Shown in pieces: positions 29,565 to 40,264 of a stretch of 64,000 nucleotides of DNA. The notes beneath the pieces are model-generated. The model worked only from the letters and a program-made list of their open reading frames with translations, searched no databases and was not told the DNA's origin. Made by a program: the position numbers and the translations under genes. Position 1 is the first letter of the stretch. Each line of letters opens with the position of its first letter. The DNA is from Candidatus Bathyarchaeota archaeon (GTDB taxonomy: Archaea; Thermoproteota; Bathyarchaeia; 40CM-2-53-6; RBG-13-38-9): assembly GCA_963807605.1 (NCBI GenBank), contig CAWECG010000001.1:192001-256000 (forward strand), in the 5' to 3' direction.

Positions 29565-32365
29565 GTGAAGGGTGCAAGGCAGAACAATCTCAAGAACATA
29601 ACAGTGGTAATTCCAAGGAATCGTCTAGTCGTTATGACAGGGCTGAGTGGCTCAGGGAAATCTTCTCTGGCCTTCGACACGATCTACGCCGAGGGACAGC
29701 GGAGATATATAGAATCACTATCAGCTTATGCACGACAGTTTCTCGGCCAACTTGAGAAGCCTGACGTTGATTACATAGAGAACCTCTCGCCGGCTGTCGC
29801 GATCGAGCAGAGAACGGCAAGCGCCAATCCGCGATCAACAGTGGCAACGGCGACGGAGATCCACGATTATCTCAGACTCCTTTTCGCGAGAATAGGAATA
29901 CCTCACTGCTACATCTGCGGAAGAAGAATCGCCAAGCAGACTGTTGAACAGATAGTCGATTCCGTAATGAGCCAGAAAAGCGACTCCTTAGCTAAGATTC
30001 TGGCTCCTGTTGTGCGGGGAAGGAAAGGGGAATACAAAGACCTCCTGGAAGACCTCAGACTCAAAGGATTCGTAAACGCAAGAGTAGACAAGAAAGAGAT
30101 CAGGATAGACCAACCCGTAAGACTGGAGAGATACAAGAAGCATACAATAGAAGCAGTTGTCGACAAACTCAGACTTACCACTCAAGAGAAGCCCAGACTC
30201 GCAGAGTCGATACAGATAGCATTGAATCTCTCGGGCGGGATTGTCACCATCGAGGCCGGAGGGTCCGAACTGGCCTTCAGTGAAAAACTCGCATGCCCAA
30301 AATGCGGGATAAGTATAGAGGAGCTGGAGCCCAGGATGTTCTCCTTTAACAGTCCCTACGGGGCCTGCGAGGAATGTACAGGCTTAGGAGTCAAGATAGG
30401 AATCGACCCGGAACTTGTCCTGCCCAACAAAGAGAAATCGATCTCGGAAGGGGCGATAAAACCATTCTTCGGCCCCATAGATGGGTGGGTTCTCTCCCAA
30501 TTTCGACCAATTGCTAGGCGACATGGCCTAGACTTTGACACGCCAGTTAAAGAGTTGACCGAGAAGCAGCTGCATCTAATCCTCTACGGAAACCCTTCGA
30601 CAGAAGGGGGGAAACTTTCGAAGGTGTTGTCAACATGCTTGAGCGGAGATACAAAAAGACTCAATCGGAGGCCATGAAAGAATGGTATCAGAAATTCATG
30701 AGCGAGACGCCCTGCCCGAAATGCAGAGGAGACAGACTCAAGTTACAGTCTTTGTCTGTCAAGATTCGTGACGTATCGATCGCGGAATTAACAAGGATGT
30801 CGATAACTGCTGCGACAAAGTTTCTGTCCACTTTAGTGCTAAGCGACAGAGAAAGGTTGATTGCCGAGAGGATACTAAAGGAACTAAATCAGCGACTGAA
30901 CTTCCTGGTCAACGTTGGACTTGGTTATCTCACCCTCGATAGAAGGATGAGCTCCCTATCAGGTGGAGAGGCTCAGAGAACCCAGCTTGCCACACAGATC
31001 GGTTCGGGTCTAACTGGCGTGTTGTATGTTCTGGATGAGCCGAGTATAGGTCTCCATCAGAGAGACAACAGAAAACTCCTTGAGACACTGCGTAAGATGC
31101 GAGATTTGGGAAACACAATAATTGTCGTCGAACACGACGAGGAGACGATTCTAGAGTCTGATTATCTGATCGACCTGGGCCCGGGGGCGGGGAGAAATGG
31201 TGGCCAAGTTGTCGCCACTGGGACACCGGAAGAGATTATGAAAAACCCTCAATCTTTGACAGGGAAATACCTGAGCCATCAACTATCCATACCCGTACCT
31301 GCAGGCAGGAGGCCCGGAAATGGGAAAACCCTGACTGTTCTAGGCGCTTCTGAGAATAATCTCAAGAATATTGACGTAACTATTCCTCTTGGCACTTTCG
31401 TCTGCGTGACGGGAGTCTCAGGTTCAGGCAAGAGTACCTTTCTGAATGAGATACTGTACAAAGCGCTAGCCCAGAGACTTCAAGGCTCGAGGGAGAAACC
31501 AGGAGCTTACAGATCACTGGTTGGAGTCGATAATATCGACAAGGTGATAATAATAAATCAGTCACCCATAGGCAGAACCCCTCGAAGCAACCCAGCAACA
31601 TACATCGGTGTATTCACACCGATGAGAGAGCTCTTCTCGAAACTTCCAGAATCAAGAGTTAGAGGATACAAACCTGGCAGATTCAGCTTCAATGTTCGTG
31701 GAGGAAGATGTGAAGCTTGTCAAGGTGCTGGAACAATAACAATTGAGATGCACTTTCTACCCAACGTCCATGTGCCATGTCAGGTCTGTCGAGGTAAGAG
31801 ATACGGGAGGGAGACCCTTGAAGTGAAATATAAAGAAAAAACCATATCCGACGTGCTCGAGATGACCGTGGAAGAAGCTTTGGAGTTTTTCTCAGCGATC
31901 CCACAGATCTCAAACAAACTGCAAACCATAGTCGATGTTGGCTTAGGCTACATAACGCTAGGCCAAAGCGCAACTACCCTATCAGGGGGTGAGGCGCAGA
32001 GAGTTAAGTTGAGCGCGGAGCTCGCGAAACGAAGCACCGGGAAGACGGCATACATACTGGATGAACCCACCACTGGTCTTCACTACGCTGATGTTGAGAA
32101 ATTGCTCAATGTGCTTCAGAGATTAGTTGATGCCGGAAACACTGTGCTAGTCATTGAGCACAACCTGGAGGTTGTGAAGACCGCAGACTACATAATTGAC
32201 TTGGGACCTGAAGGCGGTGAAGAAGGGGGGTACGTAATCGCCTCATGCACACCTGAGGAGCTTACAAAGGTCAAGGGCTCCTACACAGGCCAGTACCTGA
32301 AGAAGATATTCCAACAGGACGTCATACAAAGTGGCGAGTGGGAGAAGCTCTCGCAATTCGACTAA
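29565..32365 (+). CDS. uvrA: Excinuclease ABC subunit A, split by a -1 frameshift near 30590-30615
   Basis: GLSGSGKSS, zinc fingers, LSGGEAQR (twice), GVSGSGKST; FEGV..LERRY continues in the -1 frame. Confidence 0.95.
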
Positions 32366-32489
32366 GGAAACTAAGTAGCAAACTCATCCCGGGACAATCT
32401 AAGGAGAACTGGACCAGCTTCCGAGAAAAAATTAAACAATTAGGACAGCACTAGTTCTGCAACACAACTTTCCTCAATGGGCGGATATT

Positions 32490-33578
32490 TTGGTCGAGGA
32501 CAGCCTACCTAAAGTGGATATCCCTACAACTCACGTACTAGAGCAAGCGCTTGTGACTTCGAGGAGGCAGGAAGCCATCAACACAGTAAAATCCTGTCTC
32601 GGACACGACGGCGTCATTGCGAGCGGCGGCCTCTCCAGGTACAGTCATGAATACTGGACGCGAGATATGTGCTACAGTCACGAAGCCGTCGAAAGTCTCG
32701 GATTTGAAAAGTATATTGGACAACACATCAATAGATTGATTGAATTCAGTCGAGAAGGTCAAATCCCGACCCTATTCTTTGGATATCCAAGACGTCTTTC
32801 ACCCTCCGCAAAGTTCACCGACGAAATAGACAGCGAATTATTAACACTTGACCTCATGAGGCAAATGAAAAGACTTGAGGGCTTTGACGAAGTCTGGAAG
32901 TATGTAGAGTCCAGAACGGACAGCGCCGGATTTGTTTATGGACGTGACTGGCGGGATGGGATGAGGATATACAAAGATAAGGCAACCTTTTACAACCAAG
33001 TTCTTCTATACAAGATCTGCCCGGAAAGGACAAAGAGGAAGATCAGAGACGGAATAAACGATGTCTTCTGGTTACCTAGCAGAGGCTATTACGCTGATTA
33101 TCTGGACAAGAAAGGCAAGAAATCTAGGCGTCTAGACGTACTGGGCCATGCCTTAGCCATACTCTACAATATTATTCCGGAATCAAGAATCGGGCTTGTC
33201 AACCATTCTCTTAAACGTGCCCTGACCAAATATGGATACGTCAACGTAAAGCCTCGTTACCCACGCTCCAGTTGCGGATGGTGGAGACTAATCCCTAACA
33301 ACTTCTACCAGAACGGCGGCATTTGGGGACTCGTCCAAGGACATATGATACTCGCGCTGTTGCATCTAGACTCAATAAATGAAGCAACCGATCAATTCTG
33401 GAAAATGACGCGATGGAAAGGATTCAACGAATGGTACGACCCAGTGACCGGAAAACCAAAGGGAAGCAGAAACCAGCTATGGACTGCGGCACTGTGGCTC
33501 AGATGCTACGATGCTCTATCAGGGAGAGTCGGTTTGAAGTCTTCGGCGAACCCCTCCACTCATAATCCTATCAACTGA
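32490..33578 (+). CDS. Six-hairpin glycosidase (amylo-alpha-1,6-glucosidase / debranching-like)
   Basis: WTRD, DWRD, YQNGGIW, FNEWY...G...QLWTAA. Confidence 0.8.
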   Translation: MVEDSLPKVDIPTTHVLEQALVTSRRQEAINTVKSCLGHDGVIASGGLSRYSHEYWTRDMCYSHEAVESLGFEKYIGQHINRLIEFSREGQIPTLFFGYPRRLSPSAKFTDEIDSELLTLDLMRQMKRLEGFDEVWKYVESRTDSAGFVYGRDWRDGMRIYKDKATFYNQVLLYKICPERTKRKIRDGINDVFWLPSRGYYADYLDKKGKKSRRLDVLGHALAILYNIIPESRIGLVNHSLKRALTKYGYVNVKPRYPRSSCGWWRLIPNNFYQNGGIWGLVQGHMILALLHLDSINEATDQFWKMTRWKGFNEWYDPVTGKPKGSRNQLWTAALWLRCYDALSGRVGLKSSANPSTHNPIN

Positions 33579-33590
33579 GCTAGCCTGCAG

Positions 33591-34724
33591 GTGGACGGTT
33601 TGAATTTCTACATAACACTGACAACACAATGCAATCTACAGTGTAGATATTGTTACGGGAAATCGTGTCAAGATTTCGGGAGCAACTTTGGAGATCTAGC
33701 AATTGACTATGCTCTCCCAGCATCGACAGACTACGACATCTCTGACCTAGCCAATTTTCTCCGCCGAGACCCCAAACCGACCATTATCTTCTATGGTGGA
33801 GAACCCCTTCTACAAGCTGAAAAAATCAAGGAGATAATGGACAGGATAAATGCGGACAGATATATCATCCAGACCAACGGTCTCCTTCTAGACAGATTGA
33901 ATCCAGCTTACCTCAAGAGGCTAGATACGATTCTCGTCTCGATTGACGGAGACGAGGCCCTTACGGATAGAAACAGAGGAGGAGGCGTCTACAGAAGAGT
34001 AATCAAGAGCCTAAAGTCCATTCAGCAGAATGGTTTCAAGGGTGAGCTTATAGCTAGAATGACAGTGGCCGTCAATACTCAAATTGACCAAGAAGTGTTC
34101 TGGCTTCTCTCAAACAAAGACTTCCCCTTCCCATCTGTTCATTGGCAGCTCGACGCACTATTCTGGCAGAATGATCCTGATAAATCCGACTTCGAGAGCT
34201 GGGCCGAGCAAGTCTACAACCCAGGAGTAAGTAAACTGGTGGAGGTTTGGCTTGAGCAACTGGAGAAGTCAGGTGAGGTTCTTAAGATATACCCTATCGT
34301 CAGCCTCATGAGGTCACTTTTGCTCAGCGAAGAAAGTAAACTTAGGTGTGGGGCAGGCTGGAACACTTTCAACATACAGACTGATGGCAGGATAACCCCT
34401 TGTCCAGTTATGTCTGGGATGAAGGATTTCTATCTTGGAGATATCTGGAAAACGAACCCTCTGGACCTTAAAGACTCCGTCTTTGTTGATAGGCCATGTA
34501 CGGAATGTAAAATCCTCAGTCTCTGTGGGGGGAGATGTCTATATGCCAACGCAACAAAACTGTGGGGTGAAGATGGTTTCAGGCTCGTTTGCAGCACCGT
34601 CTCCAACTTGGTAGATTCGTTGCGCAGAGTTGAACCTAGAGTAAGACGATTACTCCAAGAAGGTGAAGTGGGGATGAAAGATTTCGACTGTGGTAGATAC
34701 AATAGTTGCGAGATTATTCCTTGA
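33591..34724 (+). CDS. Radical SAM/SPASM protein (AF0577/TIGR04084-like)
   Basis: CNLQCRYC, YGGEPLL, CGAG..G.ITPCP, C..C..LCGGRC, CEIIP end. Confidence 0.88.
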   Translation: MDGLNFYITLTTQCNLQCRYCYGKSCQDFGSNFGDLAIDYALPASTDYDISDLANFLRRDPKPTIIFYGGEPLLQAEKIKEIMDRINADRYIIQTNGLLLDRLNPAYLKRLDTILVSIDGDEALTDRNRGGGVYRRVIKSLKSIQQNGFKGELIARMTVAVNTQIDQEVFWLLSNKDFPFPSVHWQLDALFWQNDPDKSDFESWAEQVYNPGVSKLVEVWLEQLEKSGEVLKIYPIVSLMRSLLLSEESKLRCGAGWNTFNIQTDGRITPCPVMSGMKDFYLGDIWKTNPLDLKDSVFVDRPCTECKILSLCGGRCLYANATKLWGEDGFRLVCSTVSNLVDSLRRVEPRVRRLLQEGEVGMKDFDCGRYNSCEIIP

Positions 34725-34744
34725 TTAGCCAATGAGTCTGGTTC

Positions 34745-35899
34745 TTAGATGAAAGCCATGTTCTCTCTTCTGAAAACGTTATCATAGTTCTTGTAACCTA
34801 GGAGCTTCTCTATCTGGTCTGTCTGTTTGCCTTTGATCTTGTTTAGTTCTTCTGAGGAATAGTCTACGACGCCTTTTGCAATTTCCTTCCTATTGTGAAC
34901 TATCGAGACAACGTCACCAGCATTGAAGGTGCCCCTTACTCTTGATATCCCTGAAGGTAGCAAGTTTGCACCCCGGAGAAGCGCCTTCTTTGCCCCTTCA
35001 TCGATCACTACTGTTCCATGGCTTTTTGAGAAGTGTATCCATCGCTCTTTGTTAGTGTAACTAGCTCTCGATGGCTTGAAGTGTGTACCAAGCTCCTCAC
35101 CTGCGAGGATTCTTAGGAGAATGCCTCTTTCCCTAGCGTTTGCTATTACCATGTTACAGTTGGATTTCATTGCTATCTTTGCCGCTTCAATCTTCGTTTT
35201 CATGCCGCCTTTGGTTCTCCACGAGCTTGCTTCACCACCAATTCTTTCTATGTTGCGGGTTATCTCTGTGACTTCAGTGATCAACTCCGCATCCTTGCGC
35301 TTGGGGTTTTTGTCATAAAATCCGTCGACGTCAGTCAGAAGAATAAGTAGCCCAGCATCCACTTTAGCTGCAACTAAAGCTGAGAGCTTATCGTTATCGC
35401 CGAAAGTGGCTTCAATCTCGTGGACTGATATCGGATCATTCTCGTTGATGATCGGGATTACACCATATTTCGTTAGGATTGACATTGAGTTCCGTAAGTT
35501 AAGGTAGGTTCGCCTGTTCGAGAAAGCCTCATATGTCAAGAGTAGCTGGGCTACTTTGACTCCGCATTCTCTGAACACACTTCGCCAAGTTTCTATAAGT
35601 ATGCTCTGGCCGACTGCTGCGGCTCCCTGCCTAGTGGGTATGTCCCTAGGCATGACTGCCATTCCCAGTTCCTTAACTCCTGACCCAATTGCGCCAGAAC
35701 TAACAAGAACCACCTCTCTTCCTTGCGCTAGGAGAGAGCAGACCTGCCTTGCAACACGTTTCATGTACCCTCTGTCAAGAGTTCCATCTGGCTTTGTAAG
35801 GACAGAAGTGCCAATCTTGACAACTACTCTTTTGACATGTTCAAGATTTCTAGTCATACGGTCTGCTCCCAATCTTCTTGAATGTCTCAGGGATTCCAT
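34745..35899 (-). CDS. proB: Glutamate 5-kinase with PUA domain (start may be ATG 35857)
   Basis: VVKIGTS, VSSGAI, AAVGQ, INEND, FGDND.LS, GGMKTK. Confidence 0.97.
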   Translation of the reverse strand: MESLRHSRRLGADRMTRNLEHVKRVVVKIGTSVLTKPDGTLDRGYMKRVARQVCSLLAQGREVVLVSSGAIGSGVKELGMAVMPRDIPTRQGAAAVGQSILIETWRSVFRECGVKVAQLLLTYEAFSNRRTYLNLRNSMSILTKYGVIPIINENDPISVHEIEATFGDNDKLSALVAAKVDAGLLILLTDVDGFYDKNPKRKDAELITEVTEITRNIERIGGEASSWRTKGGMKTKIEAAKIAMKSNCNMVIANARERGILLRILAGEELGTHFKPSRASYTNKERWIHFSKSHGTVVIDEGAKKALLRGANLLPSGISRVRGTFNAGDVVSIVHNRKEIAKGVVDYSSEELNKIKGKQTDQIEKLLGYKNYDNVFRRENMAFI

Positions 35900-37191
35900 G
35901 TCTTGTTCAGTTTTCGATGAGTGAAAGATTTGGCATTCTTGCCTACGTAAGATGATACGACCTGACCGCTTCCGGTCACAAGGTACTTGTAGATTACAAG
36001 ACCTTCAAGGCCTACAGGTCCTCTTGCGTGAATCTTCTCGGTGCTGATTCCCACTTCAGCTCCAAAGCCGAATCTATAGCCGTCGCTGAATCTAGTGGAG
36101 GCATTGTGTAGAACGACCGCTGAGTCGACCTCGCTCAGAAATCTTCTCGCATTCTCTTTGTTCTGTGTTATTATCCCGTCTGTGTGGTGTGAGCCGTAAC
36201 GGTTTATGTGGTCTATTGCGCCCTGAAGTGAGTCTATAACTTTTATGGAGACGATGAGGTCAAGGTATTCAGTGCTCCAGTCTTCCTCAGTGGCCTCTTT
36301 AATACTTGGCAGGATCTTTCTGGTCTTGGCATCTCCTCTTAACTCTACGTTGGCTTTTTCGTATCTTTCCGCCATCTTCAGAAGGAATCTCTCAGCTATG
36401 TCTCTGTGAACTAGGAGAGTCTCCATCGCGTTGCATACTGCAGGGTACTGAACTTTTGCATCATAACAGATCTCGATGGCCATAGGTTGGTCTGCATCTG
36501 AATCTACGTACTCGTGGCAGATACCTTCTGCATGACCCAGAACAGGAATCTTGGTGTTCTCTCTGATGTATTTGACAAGTGATCCTGAGCCTCTGGGAAT
36601 AAGCAGACTAATGTACTCATCCAGCTTCAGAAGCTTTGAAACATCCTCTCTGGTCTCGACAAGCTGAACTGAGTATTCTGGGATCTCATCAAATCGTTTG
36701 ATTGCCCTTCTTATCAGTTCTGCAAGGAATTGGTTGGTTCTCGCAGCTTCTGTACCACCTTTGAGTATGATGGCGTTGCCTGATTTGAGGCATAGTGTTG
36801 CTATCTGGACAAGTGCGTCTGGTCTAGCTTCAAAGATGGCGGCTATGACGCCTATCGGACAGGTTACCTTGTAGAGTTCAAGTCCGCGATCCATCTCCGT
36901 GGCGAGCAAAGTCTTTCCGACAGGGTCCTCAAGTTGAGCTAGTGACCTCAACCCCTTGGTAAGATCAGTGATCTTTGGTCCGTCAAGTCTTAGTCGCTTA
37001 ACTAGAGATGCGGAGACACCCGCATTCGCGGCTTCCTCAACATCTCCCGCATTTACCTCTTGAAGCCGCGTTCTTTCTCTCTCTATCTCCTCAGCGATGG
37101 CTAGGATGGCGCCATTCTTTATCTCAGTGCTGAGGTTACTCATCTTCAAGGCTGCAGCTTGCGCACGCTTTGCAACCTCGAGCATATCCAA
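35887..37191 (-). CDS. proA: Gamma-glutamyl phosphate reductase
   Basis: IFEARP, KSGNA.ILKGG, GICH.YVD, CNAMETLL, ISTEKIHARGP.GL. Confidence 0.97.
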   Translation of the reverse strand: MDMLEVAKRAQAAALKMSNLSTEIKNGAILAIAEEIERERTRLQEVNAGDVEEAANAGVSASLVKRLRLDGPKITDLTKGLRSLAQLEDPVGKTLLATEMDRGLELYKVTCPIGVIAAIFEARPDALVQIATLCLKSGNAIILKGGTEAARTNQFLAELIRRAIKRFDEIPEYSVQLVETREDVSKLLKLDEYISLLIPRGSGSLVKYIRENTKIPVLGHAEGICHEYVDSDADQPMAIEICYDAKVQYPAVCNAMETLLVHRDIAERFLLKMAERYEKANVELRGDAKTRKILPSIKEATEEDWSTEYLDLIVSIKVIDSLQGAIDHINRYGSHHTDGIITQNKENARRFLSEVDSAVVLHNASTRFSDGYRFGFGAEVGISTEKIHARGPVGLEGLVIYKYLVTGSGQVVSSYVGKNAKSFTHRKLNKTWNP

Positions 37192-37472
37192 AATTAATTC
37201 TCCTGTAAATATGCCTGATGATTAGTGACAGCAGGCTCAACGGTTTAAAATTGTCGATCTAATCGGAGGAGCTGCACGCCCCCAAATAAGACGTCTACCC
37301 GGGTTAGTACGTTTATATCGCGTGGCGCTCTACGGCAGGGAACCCTATGCCTGATTGCAGTAGTGCAAGACCGTAATGAATGCGGTAATCTTCGCAATCT
37401 TCCACTCATCATTAACCTTGCTCATGAGGCTCAACCGTTGCGGAATTGAGGTCCACACCGAAACTGGCTAGC

Positions 37473-38825
37473 TCATTTTGGCAAATTTGGCTGCTTAATC
37501 GGAAGTTCTACTGTAGTGTATCTTGCTAGGAACTTTGCAAAAAGCTCTGGGTGCTCTGTATGTATTGGGTGAATCTTTTTGGGTTGAATCAGTGAAACAA
37601 CCTCCTTCAATTCATTTGGCATTATGTGTCCTGAACAGTGAATCTGGTACAAGGGTAGCCCAAAATGGTCTAGCCAATTCAGGAGTTTGGTGAATTCTAT
37701 CTCGCCTTCCTCGTTGAATGGTTCGGATGCTGAGTGAATGAAGTTGCTTCCGGGTTGAGGCCTTATCTCGATGAGTTCCTTCAGATCGAAGAGGCCGCAG
37801 ACCATAATGACGCTATCTTGCATGTCTTTGATCTGATCAGAGTCCTTGACATTCAGGTGCGATTGAATCTCTTCCTCCCACTTGTAATATCTCTTCTTGC
37901 GCTTCTGAAAGATCAGAAGATTCTCGTCGTCTATCTCTGGAAGGTTCAATCCTTCATCGTGCCTTAGCTTGTCAAATATGTAAGCCTGCCTCATAGAGAT
38001 GGTAAGTCTTCTATCATTCTCTTTCGCGACTTCATAGAAAGTTCTAAACCTATCGATGTCGGCGTATGAAAAGTCCGCCAGAACCAGTTGATCAGTTCCT
38101 TTGACGACTTTGTCAACTTTTGACTTTACTTCGTCTTCGCTGGACACGTCGGCGCCGCTGATGTTTGTTCCTTCACAAATCATGGCTACAGGTTTCGCCT
38201 GTTTAGCCTCGGAGATAAAGTCATAAGTCATCTTGGCTTTGACGCCGTGCATCCTGAAGTCTCCGGTGTAGACGACTGCTCCTTCAGATGTGTGAATTAT
38301 GAATCCGTAAGCGGCTGGGACTGAATGATCAACATGGATGGGTTCAACCTCTAACCCTCCGATCTTTATCTTGTCACCTGTTCTGAAAGCATTAATCCTG
38401 AGTCCTCCAATGTCGGACTCGAAAGTTCTGATTCGTATCTCGCTCAGACTCTTGAGCAGCGTCGCCGTAACCTCTCCGCAATAGACGGGTATCTCTCTAT
38501 TCAAGAAGGAGATGCAGGACGCATGGTCACTGTGAGAATGGGACAGGATTACGGCGTCCACTGCCGGTTGAGACTCATCAAAACAATATAGGCCCTCCAC
38601 GTCGGGCAGGATGCCGAACTCGAGCAGCCCTTTCTCGTCTCTTGGTGAGAGATAGGGCTCATGATAGAACTTTCTCCTCTCCGAAAAGCTCATTCCGAAA
38701 TCAAGAAGTATCCTAGTGTCCAAGTCCTCCAGCAGAATCTTATTTCCGCCTATTTCGTTTACTCCGCCATAGTATTTGAGTCTCAATAATACTACTTCCG
38801 CGCTGAAGATACTCGGCCCTTTCAT
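37473..38825 (-). CDS. MBL-fold / beta-CASP hydrolase (RNase J-like)
   Basis: GGVNEIGGN, SHSHSDH, DHS, YTGDFR, H.SGH, PIHTE. Confidence 0.9.
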   Translation of the reverse strand: MKGPSIFSAEVVLLRLKYYGGVNEIGGNKILLEDLDTRILLDFGMSFSERRKFYHEPYLSPRDEKGLLEFGILPDVEGLYCFDESQPAVDAVILSHSHSDHASCISFLNREIPVYCGEVTATLLKSLSEIRIRTFESDIGGLRINAFRTGDKIKIGGLEVEPIHVDHSVPAAYGFIIHTSEGAVVYTGDFRMHGVKAKMTYDFISEAKQAKPVAMICEGTNISGADVSSEDEVKSKVDKVVKGTDQLVLADFSYADIDRFRTFYEVAKENDRRLTISMRQAYIFDKLRHDEGLNLPEIDDENLLIFQKRKKRYYKWEEEIQSHLNVKDSDQIKDMQDSVIMVCGLFDLKELIEIRPQPGSNFIHSASEPFNEEGEIEFTKLLNWLDHFGLPLYQIHCSGHIMPNELKEVVSLIQPKKIHPIHTEHPELFAKFLARYTTVELPIKQPNLPK

Positions 38826-38845
38826 TTCTTATTGCAGGAAGTTAC

Positions 38846-40191
38846 GTGAACTTACCCACCCCTAAAGGGTGTGGGCTTCTCCCCTTGCGGATAGAGAAGT
38901 TCCTGCTTCAGCGACGAAGCATGCCCACCAATAATGGTGGGTAGCGGCTTCATCTCCACAGGCGTGTATTCGGATGGTTCCCACCCTATTCTTTCGAGTC
39001 CTAAACGCCTTATATTTAGTGATGCATTGAAGTCTCTATCAATCTTTAGCTCACAATGGGGACACTTGTGTATCCTCACTGCAAGAGTCTTAGGAACCTT
39101 AGCGCCACATCCACTGCAATCTTGGCTGGTGTTCTGGGGTGGTACTTGGATTCGTAGTTTACAGGCGGTTTCAGCCTTGTACCCTACCATCGACCCAAAT
39201 CTTCCCCATGAAGCATCAGCCATATTCTTGGCATTAGGGATCCCCTGCATCAAATCCTGAATATTCAGATCTTCCATGCAGATTACATCGTGTTTGTCAA
39301 CGTAGTATCTTGAGAGTTTGTGTAAGAAGTCATTTCTGCAATTTGTTATGTTCTCATGGATTGATGCAACCTTGACCTTCTGTTTCATCCTGTTTCTTGA
39401 TTCCTTCTTCTTTCTTGATAGCCGCCTCTGCTCTTTTTGGAGTCTCTTCAGTTTTTTGTCGATGTTATGCGGATGAGGGGTCACTCTTCCATTAGAATCG
39501 TAGGCATAGTTTATTATGCCAACATCTATCCCAACAGTTTTGCTTCTGTCCGCTGGCTCAGTATTTATCGGATGGTCGTACTCATAGGAGGTTATTGCAT
39601 ACCAATTGTTGTTTGCAGAATGTTTGATGGTAACCTGTTTGATCTCACTATCAATCTCTCTATGCAGCCGTATTGGGATGTCTCCTATCTTGCTGAGGTG
39701 GAGTAATCCCATCTGTCGTATCTGCTTGGCACCATGCTTGATTGAGAATCCAGATTGGTTGTAGATGAAGGCCTTGAACCATCCACGTCCCTTGAATCTT
39801 AGCCTCCCAACCTTCCTGCCTCTCTTCTTCATCTGTGAGAGTGCCCTGAGATTGGAGTACAGTTGGTAGAGGACGTATTGTCGTGTCTTTGAGTGTAGCT
39901 TCTCAAGCTCAGGCTTGTATCTGCATAGGGCAGGGATCATCTCTTGTAGAAGTTTCCTGTTTGGCACCTTTACACTGCACCTAACTATTCCCAAGAAGTA
40001 GTTGTAGAGCCACCGACAAAGCTCAAGGTATGCAGACATCTCCTCCTCTTGTTCCCTTGTTGGGTAAAGCCTACAGCGCACTGAAGACTGCATTGTACTC
40101 ACCATATTTTTTGTAAACTCCACTTATAATGCTGATATCAGTTCGCTTTCATCCCAACCCTAAAGGGGGTGGGATTTCCCGCTCACCTTTT
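38846..40191 (-). mobile_element. IS200/IS605-family tnpB-only (IS1341-type) element
   Basis: Left-end hairpin 40151-40175 and right-end hairpin 38855-38875; right end finishes in TCAC; TTAA flanks the left end; no tnpA. Confidence 0.85.
38852..40123 (-). CDS. tnpB: RNA-guided endonuclease TnpB
   Basis: RLYPT HTH; RuvC GIDVG, MEDL, DRDFNAS.NI; CSGC/CPHC zinc finger; all intact. Confidence 0.95.
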   Translation of the reverse strand: MEFTKNMVSTMQSSVRCRLYPTREQEEEMSAYLELCRWLYNYFLGIVRCSVKVPNRKLLQEMIPALCRYKPELEKLHSKTRQYVLYQLYSNLRALSQMKKRGRKVGRLRFKGRGWFKAFIYNQSGFSIKHGAKQIRQMGLLHLSKIGDIPIRLHREIDSEIKQVTIKHSANNNWYAITSYEYDHPINTEPADRSKTVGIDVGIINYAYDSNGRVTPHPHNIDKKLKRLQKEQRRLSRKKKESRNRMKQKVKVASIHENITNCRNDFLHKLSRYYVDKHDVICMEDLNIQDLMQGIPNAKNMADASWGRFGSMVGYKAETACKLRIQVPPQNTSQDCSGCGAKVPKTLAVRIHKCPHCELKIDRDFNASLNIRRLGLERIGWEPSEYTPVEMKPLPTIIGGHASSLKQELLYPQGEKPTPFRGG

Positions 40192-40264
40192 TTAAGAAGA
40201 AGGGAGAAAGAACGATGGAATAAGAGCGTCCTTCTAAGATTCTCAAAGGTAAGGAGAGGTAGAA

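Noticed and set aside
30585-30625. BHB intron or canonical programmed -1 frameshift explaining the uvrA split
   Set aside because: No 4-bp central helix with two 3-nt bulges can be drawn; the segment is already short, so there is no insertion; GGGAAAC is in the wrong phase for tandem slippage
37200-37470. Riboswitch or C/D-box RNA upstream of proA
   Set aside because: Several short hairpins and a TGATGA, but no properly spaced D boxes or recognisable aptamer
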